A DNA stretch of 59,331 nt, the filler included, from Basidioascus undulatus (Eukaryota), in the NCBI GenBank assembly GCA_000826855.1. It is 6 parts of 6 records of this genome, joined end to end, with 100 filler letters (N's around TTAATTAATTAA, not from the genome) between each part and the next. Parts side by side here need not be neighbours in the genome. Positions count along the whole stretch, not along the records: positions 29,842 to 39,606 come from JTLS01001209.1; positions 39,707 to 49,469 come from JTLS01001210.1; 4 more parts are not named here. One strand, 5' to 3'. A program made the position numbers and the translations under genes. Positions 38,225 to 49,569 of this stretch are shown here, one piece after another. The notes under the pieces were generated by a model that saw only the letters and a program-made list of their open reading frames with translations, was not told where the DNA came from and did no database searches. How positions within the stretch are numbered: the first letter of the stretch is position 1; every line of letters starts with the position of its first letter.

Positions 38225-39606
38225 TCAATCCTGCACTTCCTCCTCCTCTTCCTCCTCCTCGATAACCGCCGCAGGTCTCGCCGCTGCCCTCGCCTGCGCA
38301 GGCACCGACCGCCTCGAGACGCCGACGCCGACCGCAACAGCGCCGCTGCCAGGCGGCGAGTGCTGTTGCTGCTGCTGCTGAGGTAGTGGCACAGTCCTGC
38401 CCGCGGGGGAGCCCTGTGCCAGGTGGCCCTGGCCCTCCTCTGCAGCGCTCGAAGAAGCCGGTGCAGAAGCAGCTGCGGCGGCGGCCCGGAGCGAGCCGGA
38501 CTTTGTCTTCTGGTGCTTCGGGCGGGGCGGAGGGTCGTGGAGGACTGAGGACGAATGTCGGGCGCTGAAACCGCCGCCCGGCTGACCCATCCCTCCCGCA
38601 AAGTCTCCCGCCCCACCCTCCTCCTCATCCACCCAGTCCGGGTCGTCCGCGCCCTGGGGCGACGACCCAAACACGTCGCGGGCCATGCGTGCGCGCGGGC
38701 GGCCATCAAGCCCGAGAAGCGGGTGCGGGAATCCCTTTGTCGGGCTGGAGCTCCGAAAGTCCGTGCCGGTTGCGAGCGGCGCGGGCGTGGAGCTGGAAGC
38801 GGCAGTGGAGGGTTGCCATGCCCTCCGCCAGCCTGCGCGGCCGCCCGAACCGAACGTCGGCGTGGGCGGGGCGAAGGGTGAGCGGTTCTTATGGGCTACG
38901 AGGACGGTAGGCGGGGCTTGGAGGAGGGGCGGCGGTCGGGGGCGGTCGAAGGACGCCGAGCGGATGGACGAGCTCGCGGTGGAGGGGTACTGGCTGAGCG
39001 CGGGCGCCTCGCTCAGCTTCTCCTCCTGCTCCTCCTCCTGCGCCTGCTTCCCCTCCCCCTCGTCCTCCCGCGCGCCCTCGTCCGTCTCTGCGATCCCCTC
39101 AGACGCAGGCCCCCCCGAAGCAGGGAAGAGTATGTTGACGGGGCTCTCGTACACGCTCGACGCGCGTGAGCTGCTCACGCTCGATGCGCCCGACGCCGTA
39201 CGCCGATGTCGATGGTGGTGGTGCGAGTGCGCAGGATGGATCTGGCGCATCACGCGCGTCGTGGTCGACGACGACGCCGAGCCCGCACGCGCATGGTACG
39301 CCTGTAACGGCGACGCCGTCCCCGCTCGGCCGTGGCCGTGGGTCATCCTGCTCGCGGAACTCGCGGAACTCGCGGACGGACTCTTAGAGTGCGTCTTGCG
39401 GAGGTTCAGGCTCCCCACGGACGCAGGCCTCGACGTGCCTGCGCCTGCGCCTGCGCTCCGCCGCCGCTGCGTCGCGGTTGTAGACGAGTCGTGCGGCTGC
39501 TGCTGCTGGAGTTGGTGGACGCTAGCGACGGAGGACCTGCGGGAGTGGACAGAGCTGGAGCGGCGCGAGTTGGGCGGGCGCTCGAGGACGGGCGCGGGAG
39601 CGGCGG
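38225..39606 (-). CDS. C-terminal low-complexity part of a large protein (5' partial)
   Basis: Open frame from the contig edge, S/R/H-rich, with DWVDEEE..FAGGMGQ and an acidic end VIEEEEEEEEVQD*. Family not assignable from this fragment. Confidence 0.6.
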
Positions 39607-39706
39607 NNNNNNNNNNNNNNNNNNNNNNNNNNNNNNNNNNNNNNNNNNNNTTAATTAATTAANNNNNNNNNNNNNNNNNNNNNNNNNNNNNNNNNNNNNN
39701 NNNNNN
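39607..39706. other. artificial contig linker
   Basis: N44-TTAATTAATTAA-N44. Confidence 0.99.
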
Positions 39707-42414
39707 TGCGTCCCCTGTCCTCACCGCCTCCTCCGTCCTCACTCTCCTCCCCCCCACGCCCCTCACACTCTGCACCTCCCTCCTCACCACACGGCAGTTC
39801 CCCGCTGCCCTCTCCCTCCTTTCCTCCCTCCCCCCCAGTGACCCCGCCACCCCCTACCTCAACCTCCTCGCAGCGCTGCACATCCTCCCGCACACGCTCT
39901 TCGCGGACGCGGGCGCGCTTTTCTCTCGCGCGCACGCAGACGTGCGGATACTCATTCGCCTTTTCCCCGAGATCGCGGAGGGGCTCCTCCACCCTGAGGA
40001 GAGCATCACTCTCCCGTGTGGGGCGGTGGACGCCGCGCATGCCTTGTCAAAGACGAACATCGACGAGCTCGGTGCGTCTCTCGCGTCTCCCGACGCCTCT
40101 CATTCTACCAACTCACATAATGTCCGCCCCGGTAGTCCTCTCCAACCTCTCCAAAAACTACGCCCCGCACATCGAGCCCTCCGTCGAAGACGCACAAGTG
40201 ACCGCCGACCTGCGCGCCTCGCTCGTCCGCACCGCGCGCGAGATGCTGCGCGACGTGCTCCAGCGCGAGCGGCGGCGGCGGCGACGACGGCGGGTGGAGA
40301 CTGACCTGGACGTGGGACTGGACATGGTCTGTTCCTCCCCTCTTTCCGCTCTCCCTTCGACCTCCGCATTCTGACATGATGAACTTGCTGGGGGGGCAGG
40401 TGATCGACACGGCGCTCACGATCCTCCTCGCGGAGTCGGGCGACCCCTCAGCGCTCACGGACCTCCTTTCCGGCTCAGGCGCAGCGCAGAACTCGGTCCT
40501 CCTCCCCTCCGCCGACCCTCACCTCCTCCGCTACGGGCGGTACGCGGCGCTCGCGCGCCTGTACGCGAGCCACGGGGCCGAAGAGCGCGCGCTGGAGCTG
40601 TGGACGAGGTGCGGTCTGGGAGAAGGGCAGACTGAGAGTGGGAGACTGAGCGTGGTGTGGGTGGGGGGACAGGCTCGCGGATGGAGAGTGGTTCGACCTC
40701 GACGCGCCTGACCCGATGGGAGAGGTCCTCTGCACGCTGGAGCGCTCGAGGGACGCGCATGTGGTCTTGCGCTTTGGGATCTGGCTTGTGGCGAGGGATC
40801 GGGAGGCGGCGATGAGGGTCCGGCTGTTTCTTGGCTCTTCCAGGCGTTCCGGTTGCGGTCAAGTGTAGCTGACATGGTTCGCTTGGTTGGGTGTTGGTCG
40901 GAACAGCTCTTCCTGGAGCAGGACCCCAAGACCAGGATCCACTTTGACGAGGCGGAGGTCCTCGCGCGCTTGGGCGAGGCGGACAAGCAGGCGGAGGAGA
41001 CGTATCTGGAGCACTTGGTCCTACAGAAGCGAAGAAACGTGCGTCGCACGAGGTCCCGAAAATCCTCCCAATCCGCAGAGAGAGGAGCTGACTTCAGGGA
41101 CGGGGTAACACAGGACCCCGCACTGCATACGAAGCTCGTGCTCCGGCTGTTGGACCATCTGCTGCTGCTGCTCGAGTCCGAGGAGGTACAATCTTCCTTC
41201 CGAGAAACTGGTACGTTCTTTCCCAGCTCAGCTGCTTTCATTACCACGCTAATCTGATTCACCCCCAACCTCCGCCACCGTCCAGCGCTCGAGTACTCCG
41301 AGCACCGCGCAACAACGCCCTTCCCCGTCTTCCTGGCTTCCCATGCCCCCAGCGCACCGCACATCTCCCTACGCAACAAACTCATCCTCTTCCTCCAATC
41401 TTCAACCTCGTACGACTTCGACGCCGTCCGCGCGCGCATCGACAGCGCCGAGCTGCTAGCGTTCGAGAAGGCCATCCTGAACGGGAAGGTGCATCCCGCT
41501 CTTATTCTCTCGCAGCCCGCTCGCTCCATTCCGACGTTCTGACGTGTGTTCCCCACCCACCAGCTCTCCTCCCACCGCGCCGCGCTGCACCTCTTAGTGC
41601 ACGACGTGCACGACCCCGTCTCCGCGCAGGGATACTGCGCAACAGGCGAGGTCGTCCCCCTGCGCGTCGCACAGTCTGTCGCGGCGCAGGCGGCCCTTCC
41701 GGCAGTGTGGACGACTGCCGGGCGCAAGGCGCGCCGGGGCGGGGGAGGCGGCGCGGGGGCGGGGCTCGCGGATGGGACGAGGAAGGCGCTGCTCAAGCTG
41801 CTGCTGGAGCTTTATATGGAGCGAGGGTGGGTTTTCTTTTTCGCGAGATGAAGGGGAGACTGGTGCAAGCGGAGGGATGGAATGCTGATGGGCGGTGGCG
41901 CGATGTAGGGACGAGTTCCGGGAGGAGACGGCAGCGCTCTTGGATGCACAGGCGGTACATATCGACATGATCGAGGTGGGTTCATGTTTCCCGCCTGCTC
42001 TTCCCTCGTCGCTTCTCCTACCAGAGCACCGCACTAAGCGCGTCAATGCCCACGCAGACGCTCGATCGCCTCCCCTCCTCCTTCCCCCTCGCGCCCCTAA
42101 CGCCCTTCATCGGGCGCTCGCTCCGCCGCGCGCTGCATGTCCGGCACGACCGCACGATCCTGAAGCACCTCGCGGCGTCCGAGAACCTCATGCGCACCGA
42201 GGAGGCGTGGCTCGCTGCGCGCGACGCGGGCGCCGTCATCGAGGAGCGCGCGGACGGCGCGGAGGGCGAGAGGGTTGAGTACTTTGATGAAGGCGTTGAT
42301 GGAGGCGTGGTGGAGGAGAAGGAGAAAAATGGGCTGGGAGGGTGGGATGAGGGAGAGGGAGGGGGAGAGGACGTGGGCGCGGATGGGGACGACGAGGAAG
42401 ACGGGCTCAGGTGA
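39707..42414 (+). CDS. Vps39/Vps3/TGFBRAP1-family tethering-complex subunit (5' partial)
   Basis: RILIRLFP, VIDTALTILL, RYAALARLY..ALELW, YLEHLV..LHTKL, RNKLILFLQSSTSYD, EKAILNGKL..HRAALHLLVHDVHD and LDRLPSSFPL (clathrin-repeat-like region). Confidence 0.8.
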
Positions 42415-42855
42415 TGTGATGACTTGCTTTGCCCTTCTCAGTGCACAATCACAGAACTGGGAGGCGGGCGCACCCTTCGTCTCGGCCGATGGCCACCGGA
42501 CAGTTTGGATTTGTCCTGCAATCAGGCGCGAGCAGTGCAGGGGATGCGTCGATCAAGTTACCTGCCCAAACTGTGCTATAAACCCTGTAAAAAGACTGAA
42601 CACTGACAGATCAGCTCCGAGTCAGTGTTGACTGGCTTGCGCCTCTGCGTGGCGGGCTGAAACTGCAAACAAACCGCTGTGTCAGTCCGACTGCGCTGGC
42701 CCAAGAGCGTATACGTCGCAGACTATGCTCAATTTCGGCATTTACAGACAGCTACAATTTTTGGCGCTTCAGAAGCGTCACGATACAGTGCACCTATATT
42801 ATATGGGCAACGGGTGCCGTACGTGTTGAACCCCTGTTTGCTAGCCACCACCACC

Positions 42856-43980
42856 ATGAGCACCACTCGGACGACTCGCTCGTCTGCTCGTCGCGGTGCG
42901 GCACCCGTATGGCACAGCGCAGCATCCCATTCCGCTGATGCTGTCGCATCCTCGACCTCTCCGCTCGACCGCCTCCCGCCCGAGATCTGGCGATCCATCC
43001 TCGGCTCCCCATCTTCCCATTCCCTTCTCACCTATTCGGACCCCGCCGATGCGGCGGTCATCACTTCTGTTCTCGCATTATCGCGCACCTGTCGGACTCT
43101 TCGCTCCATCTGCCTCCCATACGCCTACGCGCGTGTGCACGCTCCGCACGAGCGACACCCGGAGGGCCCCAAGAAGGAGCGCGAGTCGGTCGAGGTACTC
43201 GGCGGGAGGGTGGAGGTCCTCCTCGGAGAGACGAAAGTGAAGGGGAAGAAGGGCCAGGGGGGGAAGGGTGGTGCCGGAGAAAAGGTGGAGGGGCAGAGGT
43301 CGTTCGTATTGTGAGCCGCCTGCACCTTTCCGTCTCACCGAAGCGCCCGCTTGACATTCTTTCGCAGTGCCGCCGATTTTCTATCCCTCGAGGCTCCGTA
43401 TTCCCTACCGCACTCTTCTCCGTTCCATCAGGACGCTCCTGCCTCCCCTTCCCAACCTGCACACGCTGCAAATGGTGCTCGAATTGTCGAAGCATCCATC
43501 GCTCGTTCCTGCCGATCTCAGTCTTCCGAGCGTCCGCCATCTCTCGCTCGGGGTGCTCGACAGTACGCGCCACGGTGCCCGGGCGTGTGCGGCAACTTGG
43601 CCTCTTGTTATTAGCACATGTACGGGTCTGGACATGCTGGAGACGGTCTCCATGGTAGATGGTTCCACGACAGATGGGAGCGAGCAAAACGGAAGCATGA
43701 CTGGTATGTGCACCTTACTAAGACTCGCATCCGCACTTCGTAGGGGGTAAAGTAGATGCACCCTCAGTAAAATAGTACCAAGGAGGGACACGGTTTGTTG
43801 GGAACGATGGCGTTGGAGGAATTGTATTGTACCTATGTGACGTCTGGGCGTACTCAACGCAGCGCGAGAAACCTGCAGTGGTTTCGCTTGCACTGCCCGG
43901 ACGTTGTGAACTTCAAATTGAAGTCCCACGTTAGATATTGTAATATTAGAGACTTGAGGGTATGACTAACAACAAGAGCT
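42856..43980 (+). CDS. F-box protein with LRR-like tail (3' end approximate)
   Basis: LDRLPPEIWRSIL..LALSRTCRTLRSICLPYAY and LPNLHTL / LPSVRHLSL repeats. Confidence 0.65.
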
Positions 43981-44875
43981 GCAGCGCAAGCAGATTCCAG
44001 CGTCACCGCACCAACAGGTGAAAGGGTCATACACCCATGCTCGATACAATACGCATTGGTTTCTATATGTAAAAAGAGCTTCTATTGTAAACGAAAAATT
44101 TCCCGGGATTCTCATGTCGTCTACTTCACACAGTAATAGCATCCTCTCTGCTTCGTTTAACAGCGCACAGCATCAACGTTGATGACGATGCTCTTTACCA
44201 CCTCTTCCGCTCGCCAGGAGCATGATAGTCTGACCCTGAGCATTACTAATATCATTGTTTCCCATTGAGAGCTTTGAAATGCAGCTTTGTGTACGCTTTC
44301 AAGCACTTCAGGCGTGGTGTGAGTAGCATCAAACAAGGCCCACCCGCCGGGTCCCGCCAACTACCGCTCATAAGTAACGCTTGCAGCCCGGTCAGGGGAA
44401 AGTATTTAGGTATAGGCTCTCAAGGGAGTGCAGCAATGGTTCTGCTTCTCCCACTCCGCACTTTCCATGACCGCTCCCCCTTCTCCCAAAACATGAGTCA
44501 GCTATCCACTCCCATACGGGACGAGTAAGCGGCGGTGATGTACATCATCGGGAGTGGTGCAGTCGTGCGCCATGTGTACTCACTGATGGTTCAAACACAA
44601 TTTAAAAGTAGACAGTGAGCCAAATTGGCCAAACTTATCGACTCGAAGCAGCAAGCGCCTCCTGCCGGACTGGTCAGACGAACGGCCCTCTGCACTCAAC
44701 ACAGTGCACAACTGTGCGCTACCTTGATGGGGTCCCCATCTTGCGTAAGCTTGGTGTGTCCCGGTTCCTCGGGGCCTGCACTTGGGACAGGATAAAAACC
44801 CAGCAGCCACGTGGGCGGCTGTCTGTCCTCAGCATCGCTCCCTCAACTGCCCACACTACGTCTTTTCACCTCAAA

Positions 44876-45680
44876 ATGATCGGCCGCGTCCCTGCTGCTG
44901 CTACTCTTGCTCTCCCCTCGCCGGGGCTGCCGTTGCGGCACCCTAGGACTGACGTACCGACTACTACAAGGCGAGCAAGACCTGCGCCTCGCACGTTGAC
45001 TACGACAACACCGACGGCGGCAACACTCTCATTTGCTCGGGCATCAACCAGCTCGTTTGGATCACCCAGTAGGCCGCTGGAAAGTGAGTGTATCCGCTTC
45101 TGACTTCCTAATTCTATCCCAGAAGGAAGTGATACTCATTCGTCTCTGCCCATTCTTTTAATGCAGGGCTGATGCCGACGAACGGCATTCCTTCCTTCCT
45201 CTTCGACAAGTTCAACGGCGAGCTCGGGTCACTCAGCGCGCCGCTCGAGACGTCCTACAATGCCCTCACCGACCTCCCCTACCACGCCCTGAAGCCGTAC
45301 ATCAACCGCGACCAGGACGAGGTCCTGCGGAGCGCCATCGAGTACCAGACGGGTGAGCTTCTTGAGAGTCTTTCGTTGTGTTCTGTACTGAATTAGCTTT
45401 CGTTGCTTTTGCCACTGCCCTGCTACTGCGACCTCACCTACTGCTTCAACCTTCCGGGGTCCGTCGCTAAAGACGGTAAGTCTTCTTTCGATTTCGATTC
45501 TCTTGCTCAACCGCCGCTCCTTCTTGTCACGGCTGACTGACCGCACAATATTCAATGTGAATATTTCTCGGCCACCGCTTTTCAACGCCAGTTGCAGGGC
45601 GGTCTGCACCGCCTGCGCAGAGTTCTTCTGTGTCAAGACTGTCTAAGAGCTCGTCCCTGCCTGCAGTGAGTACCTCTGAC
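44876..45680 (+). pseudogene. possible degraded small Cys-containing protein gene
   Basis: A coding-like exon at 45167-45351 with GT/AG borders, flanked by segments with in-frame stops. Confidence 0.25.
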
Positions 45681-46779
45681 ATCATCCTTCCTATTGTTGC
45701 GTGATATTAACTACCTTATTGTTTCCAAACATCAGAGGGCAAGTTCTAAGCAATAATCGGGAATGGTGAAATGTCATCAGAACTCACAAATGCAGATAAC
45801 CATGCTACCTGCGATTGATGTGTATGGAAGGGAGGGAATGCATCTGGTTTGCATACTTAAACGCTTGGTTTTGAGTGGTAGTAAGAGCCACGATTAAATT
45901 AAATCACCTTTCATTGTGCCATGGGAAGCAATGGTCGAGAGAAGCATTGATACCGAGATGGCGTAACAATCCGAAAGCCTTTGCACAGAAGAGCTTGTTT
46001 CAAAAGACAATCTCAAAGGGAAGGGGCTCTTTCCCAATCCAAAGACATAGTAAGACCAATGCACTCACGGACCCAGTTTCCTGTGCGCAACTGTGCCGCA
46101 GTGGCACAGCCGTCTCATGATCAGCACAAATAGCAGAGCCGATCACCCCTATGATATCCCTTCCAGATTCCCCCTGGTATTATCGAATAATGTAATTCTA
46201 TAACTCAAGTTATACTGCTGAATCATGAGTTGATCGCCAGTTAGTGGCGTTCGTCTCCCCTCGGCCTCTCGCAGTTGAGGACAGGTCGACACCGTTCAGG
46301 AGAGACAGGGCTTTAGATGTGCCGCAGCGTAGGTATTATATGGTTCAACTGAGCAGACACACCTGACACGGGCATGAGGGGGTAAATCGTGAACTGGGCG
46401 AGCGTATGAACTCCCTTGGCAACCGCTAAACGACCCCGGGCACCAACTTGTCAAGGGCGAAGGAGCACCACACTGATCACCCTATGATCCCTCAGGAAAA
46501 GGAATCCTTGAAGGAGATCCTGCATTATGTGGACTGATGCAGTAAGCATCGTAGCCTCCATCCTCGTGTAGTGCTTCCGCCCAACGAGCTTCCGACGAGC
46601 ACAGACGCTTGCAGAAACAGGATGAGTAGAGTCGGAGGCAATAGAGCGGTGGCCTTGCCAATCAACGGAGAAAAAGAGTTTCTGATGGCAACCTAGCCTG
46701 AGCCCACTCATCCTCACGTTATACAGCGGGGCATGGGACCATCCGTAAATTTGGCAAAAAAGGCCTGATTTGGCAAAAA

Positions 46780-46875
46780 GGGCCTGACCGGGAATTGAAC
46801 CCGGGACCTCTCCCATGCAAGTGCTCAGCACCGGTGTGACCCGAAGGGAAAATCATACGACTAGACCATCAGGCC
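46780..46875 (-). tRNA. tRNA-Pro(CGG) with 24-nt intron (46816-46839)
   Basis: Acceptor GGCCTGA/TCAGGCC, anticodon stem TTCCC/GGGAG with loop TT-CGG-G|T, T-arm CCGGG-TTCAATT-CCCGG, followed by TTTTT. The D-loop has C in place of G18. Confidence 0.9.
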
Positions 46876-47559
46876 GTTGCTAAGCTCGCGCAAAATATAT
46901 TACGATTGAAATCGAGCCCTTTTGAAATTATTTTGAAGCAGACGGAAATCTCACTGTCGTGCGTGATAGGTTGAGTGAATGACGGAGCTGACTTGTGAGC
47001 GTTTGGATGCAACTAGCTGTGGTAATTGGAGATGTGCTTACTAATTCGTTGCAAGCTCTCAATGTCAGGCCCTCGTGCTGCATTCGTGAATCAGTTCGAT
47101 AAGCTGTGCTATCAACACATATGACTGCAACTTTCCCATCTAGCCATGACCGCTGAGGCGGACTCGGAGCACAGTCTTGATTTGGCTAAGGTCTTTCCGA
47201 TTTGCTGCATGGACACCGTTTCACTCAGCCAAACAGCCACGAGATGCTCTAAACTGGAAAATAAATACCTTTCACAGAACAACTGCGTCTTATTGAAACC
47301 TCTCATCCTGTGCATGAAATTGCATAATAGCGAGCGTGACATAACCACCACCAGACCTGTGAACAACCAGCTACAGGACACAAGGTCTCCCCCGACGCTC
47401 CCACATAGTGCCGTCTATAGCGCAGTTCAGCATCTGCATCTCAATCCCTGGGTAACTGGGAGAGAGATGATGCCTCCTGTACGGCTAGGCGTCCCACCAG
47501 CCCGGTGCGAGCCCGAGCCACCTCAAATGTCACATCCATATCCTCATAATCAGGGTGGC

Positions 47560-48278
47560 GCAAGAAGATGCACTTAGTGAGAAGCGGACAGTTCTAGATA
47601 AGTCGCCCGATAGATTTCAAGGCATTGGAGTTGTAAGCAAGATTGAGCATTGGATGAATGTCGGTCGCCACAAGTGCGGACAGCATTGGCAGAGAAGCTT
47701 CGCGTGGCAAGCAACAAGCACGAAAGCTGGGATGGATTTGGATCGCCTTGGAACTCCATGGGACAGAAGCTTGCTATATGCTGCAGACTATCAAGTACGC
47801 CGCCGTTGACTGCATTGTGCAGGGTGCCGGGGCAGACGAACACCTTGAGGAGCTTCGTGCTTCGAATTGCGCGAATAACAGGCGAAATTGGACCATTGCC
47901 AGGCGGATTCCCCTCGCCTTCACAATAAATGACAAGACGTAGGGGGTTTGGTTGACGAGCATAAGAATGTCGCTCAGTCGGGCCAAATCCACATTGTGGT
48001 GGCCGTCGAGGAACTGGGTGAAGGCGAGGAAGCCAACGTGCATTGCGAGCGCAGCATTTCCGGAGAGTGCATTACATAAATTTTCGAGCCTCAGCTCGGT
48101 CGATAGCACCACGGATCGATACAGCTCTTTGCGAGCGATCGGAAGGAGCGAGCGAGAGACGAGGCAGAGTGAGGCGAGAGTTGCCCAATCGCGGGTTGTA
48201 AGCGAGGGGATGCGGGGGCTCAGCCGCCAGCTCAATGATATTGTGCAGGATCTCGAGAGGAAGCGTGGGGACGGTCAT
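47560..48278 (-). pseudogene. F-box/LRR protein, frameshifted
   Basis: MTVPTLPLEILHNIIE and ATLASLCLVSRSLLPIARKELYRSVVL are in different frames with no evident intron between them. Confidence 0.6.
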
Positions 48279-49469
48279 CCTTGAGTATGCGGTGTGGGAT
48301 TGATTGGATGTGTGAGGGCGAGGGGCTGGAAGCTGTTAAGAATCATGCGGTATGAAGGCAAGGTTGGGAGGCTCCAAACTTGCGGCTCCACCTGCCACCA
48401 TGGCGGGAGCGGACATCTAACCTTGGTTACGGTAGGATCCAGGGTTTCCGTACACCTGCACAAATGAGTTCCCACGTAACGGACGCTCATTGCATTGCAA
48501 TGTGTTTTGAAAGTAGGCGTACTTGCGGTCCCAATGCTGGCAAACCCGCACCTGTCAACTTCCAGTTTACAATTATAATCCCGCACCAGGGTGACTGGAA
48601 TTTATTCCGACGTTGAAGCTTGAATCACTCAGGTCTGTATTTTATGCGCCCCATGAGCGAACGCTGCTCGAAGCTCGAAGCACGAAAGCGGCGGGATTCA
48701 CCGGTTCATCTGACGGCAGCGCGATTCAGCGATACTCACCAAGGCGCATGCTCCGCACTGTGAATGTCTGTGCAGATGGGCTTGATGCGGGGGGAACCAG
48801 AGGACAGGCGTGGTCCCAATGAGTAGCGCCGTAGCCTGTAAACGCTTGGCGCTGGCCGGCGACGAGCTTCCCGTTGATGCTTCATCCGATTGCCTTCATC
48901 CCCTCCCCAACTCCCTCTCACTCACTCCTCCACACGCAATCGAAATCCTCCGAGATCCCGCTTCACCCCGCGCATGCCCCTTCTGCCTTCATGCCCAACT
49001 GCCCCGTTGGCCCGCAGTGCAGCGCACACCCCACCCTCACCCACAAGCACAGCGACTCCTCTCATAGCCATCAACCTTCTCTCTCCCTCTTCAGACAGAT
49101 CAAAGGTCAAGCAAGTACAACTTTTGGATTTGATTGTGCGAGAATAGAAAGTATCAAGACAAAGAAACAGAAAAAAATAACAGCAGCAGCAGCAGTGTGT
49201 GTGTGTGTGGAGTCGAGAAAGAGAGAAGAGATGACTGGATGCAAGCACAGCCTGAGACCGACCAGACGACGACGACCTCCCGCCTTCCCTTCGTGCCCTC
49301 CCCTTTGTCCTGCCGAACCCTCACAACCCACTTCACCCGACCCAACGCGGAGACGCTTAGGCCGTCGCGCCCTTGGTCGCGGCGGAGGCGGAGAACTCTG
49401 CGTTGCGCACGTGCGAGTTGGTCAGTAAGGAAGGGAGAGAAAGAATGGGAAGAAAGAGACGGGCGCACG

Positions 49470-49569
49470 NNNNNNNNNNNNNNNNNNNNNNNNNNNNNNN
49501 NNNNNNNNNNNNNTTAATTAATTAANNNNNNNNNNNNNNNNNNNNNNNNNNNNNNNNNNNNNNNNNNNN
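49470..49569. other. artificial contig linker
   Basis: N44-TTAATTAATTAA-N44. Confidence 0.99.

Noticed and set aside
49180..49210. (CAG)n and (GT)n microsatellites, plus the poly-Q run near 51680
   Set aside because: Common simple repeats.
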